Below are positions 39,513 to 49,081 of a DNA stretch of 63,137 bases, in pieces. The position numbers were made by a program, and so were the translations under genes. Origin of the DNA: an uncultured Eubacteriales bacterium (GTDB lineage Bacteria; Actinomycetota; Coriobacteriia; Anaerosomatales; JAAXUF01); NCBI GenBank assembly GCA_964541225.1, contig CAZIPN010000009.1, forward strand, positions 1 to 63,137. The letters are read 5' to 3'. Every line of letters begins with the position of its first letter. The stretch's first letter is position 1. The notes beneath the pieces were generated by a model. That model saw nothing but the letters and a program-made list of their open reading frames with translations, searched no databases and had not been told where the DNA came from.

Positions 39513-42326
39513 ATGTCACTGCGGTTCATAACCGGTGCGGCGAATAGCGGCAAGACCGGCGAGGTGCTGGACGAGGCACTGCTTGCGGTTGCGCGAGGCG
39601 AGTCGCCAGTGCTCGTTGTGCCGAATCACGCGGATGCTCACCGGCTCGAGAGCGAACTAGCGGACAAGAGCCCGATGGGAGTTCGGGTGTCCGCTCTTGA
39701 TCAATTTGTGCTGGACTTGTGGCTGCTTCACGGGGATGGTCGCCGCGTTGTCCGTTCCCACGAACGAAACTCGATCATCGCTCATGTGCTAGCGCGGGGT
39801 GTTGAGGAGTCCCTTGAGTACATAGCGCATACCCCGGGGTTGCGAACTTTGCTGGCGCGGCTCGCAGCACAAGCCGGTCCCGAGATCAACGCATTAGAGA
39901 ATTGCGGAGGGGGCGTTCGGTCAGCCGTCAACAGGTTGCTCGACGCCTATTCTGATGCACTTGATCAGGCGGGGTTGGTGGAGGGGCGGAGGGCGAGGAA
40001 GATTCTGGCAGACACAGAGCCGACGTTGCCCGGCCCGGCCGGATTTCTTCGCTTCGACACTCTCGAGCGATCAGACGTTGATCTCCTGGCAGGACTGGCG
40101 AAACACAATGCCGTGAGTGTTGCGCTGACGTGGGAACCCGGTTTCGCCCCAACTCGAGCGAACGATGGGATCGCCCGAGCCATCGACCGCTTGGCTTCGG
40201 AACGCGTACAGCTGAGCGAAACCAAGCCAACCGGGGAGATTGCCGAGCTGGCTCGCGCGCTCTTCGGGGGCCCTGCTGGACTCGTGGCGAGGGGACACGT
40301 GGTCCACGGGATGGCCCTCGGTATGGAAGCGGAGATCGCACTAGTCACGCGGCTGGTGACCCAGACGATTGAGAAGGATACGGCGCCGGAACGCGTGGCT
40401 GTCGTGTTTCCCGATGTGGCGAAGAGATTCACTGATCTGCGGAGGGCTTTTCGGGCTGCCGAAATCCCGACCGAATTCCAAACCACCCTTCGTTTCTCCG
40501 CAACACCGTTTGGTCGCGCGTACCTGAACGTACTCGTTCTTGCCCTTGGGGCTGGAGGTCGGGAAGAGGCAATGGGATTTTCTGCCAGTCCATTCTCGGG
40601 GGTGGATAGTCCCGCTGCGCAGGATCTCGACCGCACGTGGCGGAGGCGTCGCGTGAGCCAGCCCAGGGCCATTGCGAGATCGCTGAAGGGGCTCAGCCCG
40701 TCAGCGAGTGAGGCTGTTGACGCCGCGCTTGTCGCCACCAGCAAACCACTGACGCAGGAATCATTGCCAGCATGGCAGCTGGTCGCGGACACCCTTCTAC
40801 GCGCGGGTGCAGAAGGGAGGCGAGGGGGAGATCGAGACGGCCCGCTTGAAGACGCGGCGGCCTACCAGGCAGTGTCTGTCGCGTTGTCGGAGATGGCGCG
40901 AATGCCAGTCGCGCTTCGGCCAGCAGACGCGGTTCAGGCTCTAAGAGATGTAGCGGTTCGGGTTGATTCTCGCGAGACTCCGGGCAAAGTGCAGGTCTGC
41001 GACTTGGGCGCCGTCGGCGCCCGCCGCTTCGATGTTGTGATTGTGGGTGGTTTGACCGACATCGAGTTTTCGACGACGGATCGAGATTCTGTCGAAGACG
41101 AATGGGGAAGCGCGCTCGATTCAGCTGAAAGAGCGAGTGCAGGGGATTTGGCCAGATTGAGATTCTACTCGTTGACAGCTCGCGCGCGAGACCGGCTGGT
41201 GCTCGTGCGCCAAGAAGGCGATAGCGACGATCGGGAGTATCGTCCGTCAGCTGTTTGGGATGACGTTCTCGAGGCGTATCGGTCCGAGAGGGACACGGCG
41301 GAGGATCTGCGCAGCGCACTCCCCGCCGTGCGCATGAGCGGGTCACACATCGAGACGTTCGCACCCCAGCAAACGCGCGGACGAGCGCGAGCAAGAGAAT
41401 CGGCAACCACTCTCCGATTTAGGGAGGCGGATCGATCGCAGATAGCAAGTGCTGCAGGATTGTCTGCGATTGGAGCGCAACGAACGTACTCGGCAACTGA
41501 GGTTGAAACCTACCTGCAGTGTCCGTACAGGTGGTTTCATGAACGGATCGTGCGACCGCAGGACATTGACTCAGAGTTCGATGCTCGAGAACAGGGCAAG
41601 CGGGCACACCGTTTGTTGGCCGCTTTCTACGAACATCTGGCCGCCGAAGGGCCACGCGAGCGTGTGACGCCCGATTGGCTTGAGGTAGCGCTGGAGCTGT
41701 TCGCCGAGGTAGCGCGTATCGAATCGTTGCGGATGCCGCAGCCGCATGCGCTTGCAGAAAGGCTCGCCGCCGCTCGGGCGTATTTCTGGGCGCGTTCGGT
41801 GATTGAGGCGGACGCGACCTTCCTTCCGGAACATGTCCCGCGATACTCCGAGATCAGCTTCGGCGAGGAACGTCCCTTTCGATTCGCCGGTGTGATCTTC
41901 CGCGGGAGGATTGATCGGATCGATGCAGGCCCGAGAAGCGTGTTTGTGACGGACTATAAGTCGGCACGTGAGGTTGTTGGCCTGTCGGGGTTCGACGGCG
42001 GCGGGAGGGTGCAGCCGGTGATCTACGCGGCCGCTGCTGAGGTGCTACTCGGGGCTCCTGTCGCGGGCTCCGCGTACCGCTCGCTGAGAAGTGGAAAGGT
42101 GCGGGGCTTCTGGAGGCGCGATCTCTTCGAGAAGGTTCCACAGGAGATGTATCTGGGGGATGCGCTGGATGAGCAGGGCTTCGGGGATCTGATTGCCCGG
42201 ACATCGGAGAGGGTCATCGCGGCGACCGATGCCATGAAGGCGGGCAGGATCGAGCCCAAGCCGGCTTCTCGCGAAACGTGCTCGCACTGTGGACTCTCTG
42301 CCGTGTGTGGGGGGTCACGACGATGA
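39513..42326 (+). CDS. addB: AddB-like subunit: degenerate helicase + PD-(D/E)XK nuclease with Fe-S ligands
   Basis: ITGAANSGKT; YSATEVETYLQCPY, GRIDRID, TDYKS, CSHCGLSAVC; coupled to a UvrD helicase gene. Confidence 0.8.
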   Translation: MSLRFITGAANSGKTGEVLDEALLAVARGESPVLVVPNHADAHRLESELADKSPMGVRVSALDQFVLDLWLLHGDGRRVVRSHERNSIIAHVLARGVEESLEYIAHTPGLRTLLARLAAQAGPEINALENCGGGVRSAVNRLLDAYSDALDQAGLVEGRRARKILADTEPTLPGPAGFLRFDTLERSDVDLLAGLAKHNAVSVALTWEPGFAPTRANDGIARAIDRLASERVQLSETKPTGEIAELARALFGGPAGLVARGHVVHGMALGMEAEIALVTRLVTQTIEKDTAPERVAVVFPDVAKRFTDLRRAFRAAEIPTEFQTTLRFSATPFGRAYLNVLVLALGAGGREEAMGFSASPFSGVDSPAAQDLDRTWRRRRVSQPRAIARSLKGLSPSASEAVDAALVATSKPLTQESLPAWQLVADTLLRAGAEGRRGGDRDGPLEDAAAYQAVSVALSEMARMPVALRPADAVQALRDVAVRVDSRETPGKVQVCDLGAVGARRFDVVIVGGLTDIEFSTTDRDSVEDEWGSALDSAERASAGDLARLRFYSLTARARDRLVLVRQEGDSDDREYRPSAVWDDVLEAYRSERDTAEDLRSALPAVRMSGSHIETFAPQQTRGRARARESATTLRFREADRSQIASAAGLSAIGAQRTYSATEVETYLQCPYRWFHERIVRPQDIDSEFDAREQGKRAHRLLAAFYEHLAAEGPRERVTPDWLEVALELFAEVARIESLRMPQPHALAERLAAARAYFWARSVIEADATFLPEHVPRYSEISFGEERPFRFAGVIFRGRIDRIDAGPRSVFVTDYKSAREVVGLSGFDGGGRVQPVIYAAAAEVLLGAPVAGSAYRSLRSGKVRGFWRRDLFEKVPQEMYLGDALDEQGFGDLIARTSERVIAATDAMKAGRIEPKPASRETCSHCGLSAVCGGSRR

Positions 42327-45300
42327 TGCAGGGACTGAACGAGGGGCAGAGACTGGCGGCCGAGTGCCTTGACCGCCCCGTTCTCGTGGCCGCTGGTGCC
42401 GGATCGGGCAAGACGAAGATGCTCGCTCATCGATTCGCGAACGCCGTTATTCCGGGGGCGATTGACGGCTGGCGGCCGGCGTCGGTGGACGACGTGCTGG
42501 CGATTACCTTCACGGACAAGGCCGCGAGAGAGATTGGCGAACGGGTGCGACTTGCGCTCTTCGCCGCAGATCGGTGGGATGACGGACGCCGGGTTCACCA
42601 CGCCTGGATATCCACAATACACGGGTTGTGCAGTCGGTTGTTGCGTCGTCACCCGGTGGAGGCGGCTGTGGACCCGCTCTTCTCAGTTGCAGATGCAATC
42701 CAAGTTGGCCGCATGCGGGAAGAGGCTTTCGAGCAGGTCGCCGAGGCCTTCGTGGCCAGTGGCGATGCCGAGGGCGCGTTGTTCGATGACTACGGGTATG
42801 AGGCGGTGTTCTCGGCGTGTGTTGAGATCGCGCGCGAGCTATCAGTACTCGGGGGAGCGCCGGGCGACATCGTGCTGGAGTCCACGGAGGGGATGGCAAC
42901 GCTGCTGGAAGAAACTGAGAATGTCCTGAATCAAGGGAGGACCACGTGCGATCTCCCGTATGTGGGATCGAGTTCTGATCCGTCGGATCATGCTGAGCGT
43001 TGCGAAGTGCTCCTGGAGCGCTGTGCGAGGTTGTCCCGTTCTGGTGAGGAGAACGCCCTCCTCGGCGACTTGCTGACGATCCTCGGCGACTACCAACCAC
43101 TCAGGCGGCTCAAGGGGCTCGAGGCAGAGGCCGCCGAGTTTGCGGCCGCGAAGGAGGATCTAAGCGGACGCGTAGCTGCCGCACTTGTCGCGCCGCACGC
43201 ACGGGCGCTCAAGAGGCTGGCCGAGGACTTCTCGGCGGCATATGCGGGACTGAAGTCAGCATCAGGGATGCTGGATTTCGATGACTTGCAGGTCAAAGCC
43301 GTACGTCTGCTTGAACACGAACCGGATCTGGCGCGGCGCTACCGGGAGCAATTTCGGGTTGTGATGGTAGATGAGTTTCAAGACACCGATGCGTTGCAGC
43401 TGAGGCTGGTCGAAGCTCTGTCGGAGGGCAACCTGTGCACGGTGGGTGACGAGAATCAGTCCATCTACCGCTTCAGGGGCGCCGACGTTGACGTCTACAG
43501 GGTCCATCGCCGAGACATGGAAGAACGGGGGGCTTTCGTTGCTACGTTGGCCGTCAACTATCGCTCTCATCCGGACGTACTGGAGTTCGTGAACACCGTG
43601 TTCGGATCCGAGGAGTACTTCGGAGAAGGAGACGGTGGCCTGTTGAGGCTCGTACCAGCCCAAAGCCGGGCAACGGAGTTCGACCAAGCGGTGTTCGGGG
43701 CTGGCCCGCGCGTGGAGGCGCTATTCATCGACGCGACGGATTCCGAAGGATCGGCGCGAGCCACGGAGGCGAGACAGGTCGCCGAACGGGTTCGTCGGCT
43801 GTGTGACGCAGGGGCCAGCGCCCAAGACGTGGCCATCCTGATGCACTCGTACTCGCAGGCCCATGTGTACGCGAATGCCTTGTCACGAGAAGGCATTCGC
43901 GCCGTGATTGTCGGCGGCAGTCGGTTCTTCGGCATGCCTGAGATCGCAATCATGCGCGCGCTGAACCGGGTGATAGCCAACGCCGAGGATGATGGTGCGC
44001 TCGGTGTGTTGCTGGCCTCGGACTTCGTTCCGATCACGAGTGATGCGCTGGCGATCTTGCGAATGGGCTCAGGGGAGCGAGACCGTCGATCGCTGTGGGC
44101 GCTGCTGCGCGAGGCGAATGGCGCGCTGTCCGAGGACGACCACGATGCTGTTGAACGGCTGGTATGGGTTCTGGAGCGTGCTCGAGATCGGGTCGGCGCA
44201 TCGCCGCTCGGCGAAGTACTGCTGCTTGCCGTGGAAGAAGCTGGATGGGACTTGAGGCTGCTCTCACAGGGCAACACGGGCCGAGAAGCGTTCGCGAACG
44301 TCCTGAAGTTCGCGCGTCAAGCCGGGGAGTTCGAGCGGACCGTCGGAACAGGACCCGCAGGATTTGCTCGGCAATTGGATACCAGGGAGCGGCTGGGAGA
44401 CATCGAGACTCCGGCGACACTCGCTGCCGACGGATCAGACGCGGTGCGCATCATGAGCATACACGCGTCCAAGGGGCTGGAGTTTCCGATCGTAGTGGTT
44501 CCGGAGCTTGCGGCACACAGCGCCCGCGACAACGTGAGCGTGAGGACCGCGCGGAAGGGGAGATCGCTGGCACTGGCGTTGAAGACGCCGGTATCCGACG
44601 ACGGACGCGTTCGTCCGTCGTCATCGTGGTTCTCGGAGTTCTCTGAGCAAGACAGGCAGGCGAGTGATGAGGAACGAGCGCGCATTCTCTATGTCGCGTT
44701 CACGCGAGCTCGCGAGGCGCTGCTTGTGAGCGGCTCGATGAAGATGCGACCGAAAGGGCCGTCGAAAGCCACCAACAATCTCGCGCGGATGGCGCGGATT
44801 CTCGGAGTCCAGATTCCTGTCACGGGCCCGTCTGATGAAGTTGTGGCGGTGCCGGGTTCATCGGTGCGCTGCCGAGTGAGGGTGGTCGAGGCCGAGAGAC
44901 CCGCCGAGCAGGAATCGACCAGGGAGTCCTCGCTTGATGGGATTCTGCTTGCGCCGCGTCCGGGCGCGGTCACGAAGGAAGAGCCCGGGGTCAGGGTGCC
45001 GAAGCGCATGTCGTACACGCAGTTGAATGAGTTCGCACAGTGCCCTCGGCGATTCTGGGTTCGGCGAATCCTTGGCGTGAAGCCAGTGGAGTCGGGCCAT
45101 GCGGGAGAAGTCAGCCCGCTCCTGTTTGGGACGGCCCTTCATGCGGCACTGCGTCTGGTGACGCAGGAGGGGCTAGGGCCGAGTGACGATCGAATTGAAA
45201 CACTCGGCAGGTACTTTGAGCTTCCGCCCGACATGGTGAAGCGACTGAAACATGCGGTCCGCCAGTACGTTGAGTCCGATGTGGCTCGCCGAGCGGAGGC

Positions 45301-45748
45301 GGGTACCAACGTGAGGCGGGAATCGCCATTTGCCATGAAGATCGGAGGCCGCTTCCTCTTGACGGGCTCCATTGATCTGTACTCTCGTACGGGGGACTCA
45401 GCGCTCGTGGTCGACTATAAGTCGGGCGCTGTGGGTGAGCTTGCTGAGCTAGAAGAGCACTACCGTTTGCAGGCGGAGTGCTACGGGCTTGCCGCACTTC
45501 GTGATGGGTGTCAACGAGTTGCTGTCGAGTTCGTCAGAGTCGAGGTAGACGACGTGAAGGGCGCAGGGATGCAGCAGGTGAGGTTTGCTTTGGAGGCCGA
45601 CGACGCCTCGCGAATCGAAGCCGATCTGGTCCGGCGCTACGAGGAAATGGAAGCATCGGAGTTCGACCCCACTCCATCGAAGAGCGCCTGCGTGAGCTGT
45701 GGCGTGCCAGAAGGCTTGTGTTCTGAAGCCAGAAGGTTCGTCCTCTGA
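42323..45748 (+). CDS. addA: AddA-like UvrD helicase/nuclease
   Basis: AGAGSGKT, ITFTDKAA, DEFQDT, GDENQSIYRFRGA, NYRS, HASKGLEF, YVAFTRA; C-terminal GSIDL..VDYKS. Confidence 0.85.
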   Translation: MMQGLNEGQRLAAECLDRPVLVAAGAGSGKTKMLAHRFANAVIPGAIDGWRPASVDDVLAITFTDKAAREIGERVRLALFAADRWDDGRRVHHAWISTIHGLCSRLLRRHPVEAAVDPLFSVADAIQVGRMREEAFEQVAEAFVASGDAEGALFDDYGYEAVFSACVEIARELSVLGGAPGDIVLESTEGMATLLEETENVLNQGRTTCDLPYVGSSSDPSDHAERCEVLLERCARLSRSGEENALLGDLLTILGDYQPLRRLKGLEAEAAEFAAAKEDLSGRVAAALVAPHARALKRLAEDFSAAYAGLKSASGMLDFDDLQVKAVRLLEHEPDLARRYREQFRVVMVDEFQDTDALQLRLVEALSEGNLCTVGDENQSIYRFRGADVDVYRVHRRDMEERGAFVATLAVNYRSHPDVLEFVNTVFGSEEYFGEGDGGLLRLVPAQSRATEFDQAVFGAGPRVEALFIDATDSEGSARATEARQVAERVRRLCDAGASAQDVAILMHSYSQAHVYANALSREGIRAVIVGGSRFFGMPEIAIMRALNRVIANAEDDGALGVLLASDFVPITSDALAILRMGSGERDRRSLWALLREANGALSEDDHDAVERLVWVLERARDRVGASPLGEVLLLAVEEAGWDLRLLSQGNTGREAFANVLKFARQAGEFERTVGTGPAGFARQLDTRERLGDIETPATLAADGSDAVRIMSIHASKGLEFPIVVVPELAAHSARDNVSVRTARKGRSLALALKTPVSDDGRVRPSSSWFSEFSEQDRQASDEERARILYVAFTRAREALLVSGSMKMRPKGPSKATNNLARMARILGVQIPVTGPSDEVVAVPGSSVRCRVRVVEAERPAEQESTRESSLDGILLAPRPGAVTKEEPGVRVPKRMSYTQLNEFAQCPRRFWVRRILGVKPVESGHAGEVSPLLFGTALHAALRLVTQEGLGPSDDRIETLGRYFELPPDMVKRLKHAVRQYVESDVARRAEAGTNVRRESPFAMKIGGRFLLTGSIDLYSRTGDSALVVDYKSGAVGELAELEEHYRLQAECYGLAALRDGCQRVAVEFVRVEVDDVKGAGMQQVRFALEADDASRIEADLVRRYEEMEASEFDPTPSKSACVSCGVPEGLCSEARRFVL

Positions 45749-45778
45749 GGTGCCTGGAGAGTCGTCCACAGCGCGGCG

Positions 45779-46831
45779 TCACTGGGTCGAAGAGTCGCTC
45801 ACGCGCTGGCGAAGCTGGCCGCACGCCGCGTCTATGTCACCCCCGCGCTCTGTCCGGGTGGAGACCTCGATCCCGGCACCGCGCAGCGCACGCTCGAAGA
45901 CCTCGATCCTCTTGGCGGGGGAGCGAACGAAGCCAGCATCGTCGACCGGATTCATGGGGATCAGGTTGACGTGCACAAGCAAACCCCGACAGAAGCTCAC
46001 GAGTGCGGCGAGCTCGGTGTCGGTGTCGTTCACGTCGGCTATGAGCGCGAACTCGAGAGAGGGCCGTCGCCCGGTTGCAGCCGCGTACTCGGCAAGTGAA
46101 TCGCGCAACGCCGAGAGAGAGATCGCTCTCACGCCGGGCATCAAGCGATCACGAGTTGATTGCACCGCCGAGTGCAACGAGATAGCGAGGGTGAATTGCT
46201 CGGGTTCGGCCGAGATGCGGCGTATGCCAGCGGTCAAGCCGCACGTGGAGATGGTGACGTGGCGGGCACCGACGCCGCGCCCTTCAGCCGCATTGACGAA
46301 GCGCAGCGCGCCGAGAACCGCACTGTAGTTCGCAAACGGTTCCCCTTGTCCCATTGCCACGACGTTGGTGACGCGCATGCCGAAGTCCTCGGCGACCAAG
46401 CTGACTTGGTCGACCATCTCCCCGGGGCCCAAGTCACGGATGAGTCCACCGATGCCGGTCGCACAAAATGCGCACCCCATGGCGCACCCGACTTGAGTTG
46501 AGAAGCACACCGTCAATCGATCGCCAGAGGGCAAGCCAACGGTCTCGACTGAGGCGCCATCGGCCAGACGCAACAAGTACTTGCGAGTGCCGTCCGCTGA
46601 CTCCTGCCGTGTGATGATGTCGGGGAAAGGAAGAGCCAGTCGGCTCGCGAGGGTGTCTCGCAAACCGGCTGGCAGATCCGTCATCTCCTCGTATGTGCGA
46701 GCCGCTCGTCCATAGAGCCAGCGCTCTATCTGGAGAGCACGATACTTCGGCTCGCCCAAACCGGCTACCAGCGCAGCGAGCCCCGCACGGTCAAGCGCCT
46801 TGATGCCAACGGGATCCGCATGAGTGGGCAC
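45779..46831 (-). CDS. rlmN: dual-specificity RNA methyltransferase RlmN (radical SAM)
   Basis: STQVGCAMGCAFCATG, MGQGEP, ISLHS, DIDAACGQL. Confidence 0.95.
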   Translation of the reverse strand: MPTHADPVGIKALDRAGLAALVAGLGEPKYRALQIERWLYGRAARTYEEMTDLPAGLRDTLASRLALPFPDIITRQESADGTRKYLLRLADGASVETVGLPSGDRLTVCFSTQVGCAMGCAFCATGIGGLIRDLGPGEMVDQVSLVAEDFGMRVTNVVAMGQGEPFANYSAVLGALRFVNAAEGRGVGARHVTISTCGLTAGIRRISAEPEQFTLAISLHSAVQSTRDRLMPGVRAISLSALRDSLAEYAAATGRRPSLEFALIADVNDTDTELAALVSFCRGLLVHVNLIPMNPVDDAGFVRSPAKRIEVFERALRGAGIEVSTRTERGGDIDAACGQLRQRVSDSSTQ

Positions 46832-47346
46832 TACTGCTGCTCGAGCTCCTCCAGTGCCTTGAGGTACGCGGCACGATGCTCGTCTTCATAGTGACCAACC
46901 TGACGGAAGTAGAGCGCGATGTCACCGAGCCCCTCCTCCTCGGCAGTCTGAGCGAACGAGGGATACATCTCGGTGCACTCGTACGATTCGCCCTCAGCAG
47001 CCGCCTTGAGGTTACCGGCGGTGCTGCCAGCGCCGCCCATATACGCCAGGTGACCAAGTGCGTGTGCTGTCTCCTCGGCCCCGGCGCGATCGAACGCGTC
47101 GATTGCGGATTGGGGGGCACCCTCCAACTCGGCAACTCGCTTCCAGAGCGTGTAGCGGCGATTGGCCTGCGACTCGCCGGCGAACGCGGCCTTGAGGTTC
47201 TCGAGCGTCTTGGTGCCAGACAAATCCCCGGGGCCCTCGTAGGGCTTGAACGCGGACCGGGGGGCTCCACATACCGGGCAGTTCTCAGGGGCTGGGCCGA
47301 CATGGAAGTAGCCACAACTTGCGCAGCGGTACATCTCTACCATCAC
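46831..47346 (-). CDS. reverse rubrerythrin (N-terminal rubredoxin + ferritin-like diiron domain)
   Basis: CASCGY...CPVCG followed by AFAGESQANRRY, EETAHA, GESYE, EDEH. Confidence 0.9.
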   Translation of the reverse strand: MMVEMYRCASCGYFHVGPAPENCPVCGAPRSAFKPYEGPGDLSGTKTLENLKAAFAGESQANRRYTLWKRVAELEGAPQSAIDAFDRAGAEETAHALGHLAYMGGAGSTAGNLKAAAEGESYECTEMYPSFAQTAEEEGLGDIALYFRQVGHYEDEHRAAYLKALEELEQQ

Positions 47347-47427
47347 TGACTCCTTTCATCGTGGGCGCACTACTTTACGACATGTGGTGGTCTTGTACCC
47401 AGTGGTTGGCGCTGACGGCACGAAGAC

Positions 47428-47456
47428 GGAAACCCCGGCGGATAGCCGAGGTTTCC
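47428..47456 (-). terminator. hairpin terminator downstream of htrA
   Basis: GGAAACCCCGGC-GGATA-GCCGAGGTTTCC. Confidence 0.6.
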
Positions 47457-47485
47457 GGGGGACGTCTTGCGCTGGCCGGGTGGTG

Positions 47486-48967
47486 CTAGGGCGCAGGCGG
47501 AGTTGTTGCAGTGGATGGAACCGATGTGCCGATATTGGCTGGACGATCGGAGACCAGCACCTTGAGGTGGAGCGTTGTGTTGCCGCGCACGATCGTTAGC
47601 GTCGCGCTTTCGCCGAGGGCATGCTCGCGCACTTTGGCTACCAGGTCCGTCATCGACGTGATGGGTTTGCCATCGACCGCCGTGATGATGTCGCCTGGGT
47701 GGACGCCCGCCTTCTGAGCACCGAAGCCCTTGACGAGCGAGTCAACGAGCGCGCCTTGCGTCACGGAGAGCTTCTTCTGCTGGGCGATGAGGGGGTTGAT
47801 CGTTTCTCCGACCAAGCCAATGAACGGATGGGCGACCTTGCCGCCCTTGATGAGCTGATCGGCAACGCTCACCGCCGTGTCGACTGGAATTGCGAAGCCG
47901 ATACCAGCTGCGGCACCGCTCTGCGAGTAGATCGCCGTGTTGATGCCAACCAAGTGCCCGAGACGGTCAACAAGTGCTCCGCCCGAGTTGCCGGGGTTGA
48001 TTGCCGCATCCGTCTGGATTGTGTCCACCAGAGGCTGAGACTGACCGCTGGAACTGACATCGCTCAGCGAGCGACCAAGGGCAGACACGACTCCTGCCGT
48101 CACCGAATGCTCCAATCCGTATGGAGAGCCGATGGCGACAACGGTCTGGCCAACGAGCACCTTCTTAGAATCGCCGAGTTTGATGACGGGCAATGGGCCG
48201 GGGATCTTGACGACGGCAATGTCGCTGTCAGCATCTCGGCCGACGACCGTTCCTGACCAGGTCTTGCCTGACGGGCTCTTGACCGTGATCGACGTGGCCT
48301 TCTCCACCACATGATTGTTCGTCAGGATGTATGTGCCGCCACCGGGGGCACTGCGAAATGCTACGCCCGAGCCGTTTCCGCCAAGAGGCACCGTGGGATG
48401 GCTGTTGGGCAAGCCGTTCGTGCCGCCCGAACTCACGCCTTCCGTGATCTCAATGTTGACCACAGACGGAACGGCGGCGGCTGCTGCTGCAACGACGGGT
48501 TCGTCGGTCTTGGACGGAACGACGGTGACGTTCTTGCCCGACGATCCGGCACCTTGAGCTTGCAGCATCAACTGACCGCCGAGGATACCGCCGCCAACTC
48601 CGGCAAGCGCGCCGACAACGAATGCGACGACGATGGCGGTAATCACTGCAGCGCCGATACCGGAGCGCTGCGGGGCTGGAGGCTGTGCTGCCGCGTCGGC
48701 GTAGACCGGCGGCACTGTGGAAGCGGGGGGCGCTGCCGCGGCCGCGGGTGGAGCCGAGACTGCGGGTGGAGCCGCGTACGCGGGTGGAGCCGCATACGCG
48801 TTCGGGTCTGCTACGGGAGCAGCCGCGTACGCCGGCGGCTCGGTGGGCGGAGCAGCCATCGGAGGGGGAGCAGCCTCAGGAGAGTACTGCCCGGGCTCGG
48901 CGGATGGCACCTGCTCGGCAGGGGGTACCTCTGGCGCTTTGTCAGGGAACGATTGATCCGACATCAT
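47486..48967 (-). CDS. htrA: HtrA/DegP-family serine protease with PDZ domain
   Basis: TNNHVV, SDIAV, TDAAINPGNSGG triad; TM anchor; C-terminal PDZ; Pro/Ala-rich N-terminus. Confidence 0.93.
   Translation of the reverse strand: MMSDQSFPDKAPEVPPAEQVPSAEPGQYSPEAAPPPMAAPPTEPPAYAAAPVADPNAYAAPPAYAAPPAVSAPPAAAAAPPASTVPPVYADAAAQPPAPQRSGIGAAVITAIVVAFVVGALAGVGGGILGGQLMLQAQGAGSSGKNVTVVPSKTDEPVVAAAAAAVPSVVNIEITEGVSSGGTNGLPNSHPTVPLGGNGSGVAFRSAPGGGTYILTNNHVVEKATSITVKSPSGKTWSGTVVGRDADSDIAVVKIPGPLPVIKLGDSKKVLVGQTVVAIGSPYGLEHSVTAGVVSALGRSLSDVSSSGQSQPLVDTIQTDAAINPGNSGGALVDRLGHLVGINTAIYSQSGAAAGIGFAIPVDTAVSVADQLIKGGKVAHPFIGLVGETINPLIAQQKKLSVTQGALVDSLVKGFGAQKAGVHPGDIITAVDGKPITSMTDLVAKVREHALGESATLTIVRGNTTLHLKVLVSDRPANIGTSVPSTATTPPAP
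48744..48797. repeat. 18-bp tandem repeat x3 (YAAPPA/VSAPPA) in the htrA N-terminus
   Basis: GCGGGTGGAGCCG core at 48744, 48762 and 48780. Confidence 0.8.
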
Positions 48968-49081
48968 GACTCCTTCACGAACGCGTAACTACGTACGGTT
49001 GACGTCGCCTGGCGTGCAATGGTAGTCCTAGCAGGTTATACGCCTGGCAATGCAAGTGGTACCTCGGGACACAGGAACTAC

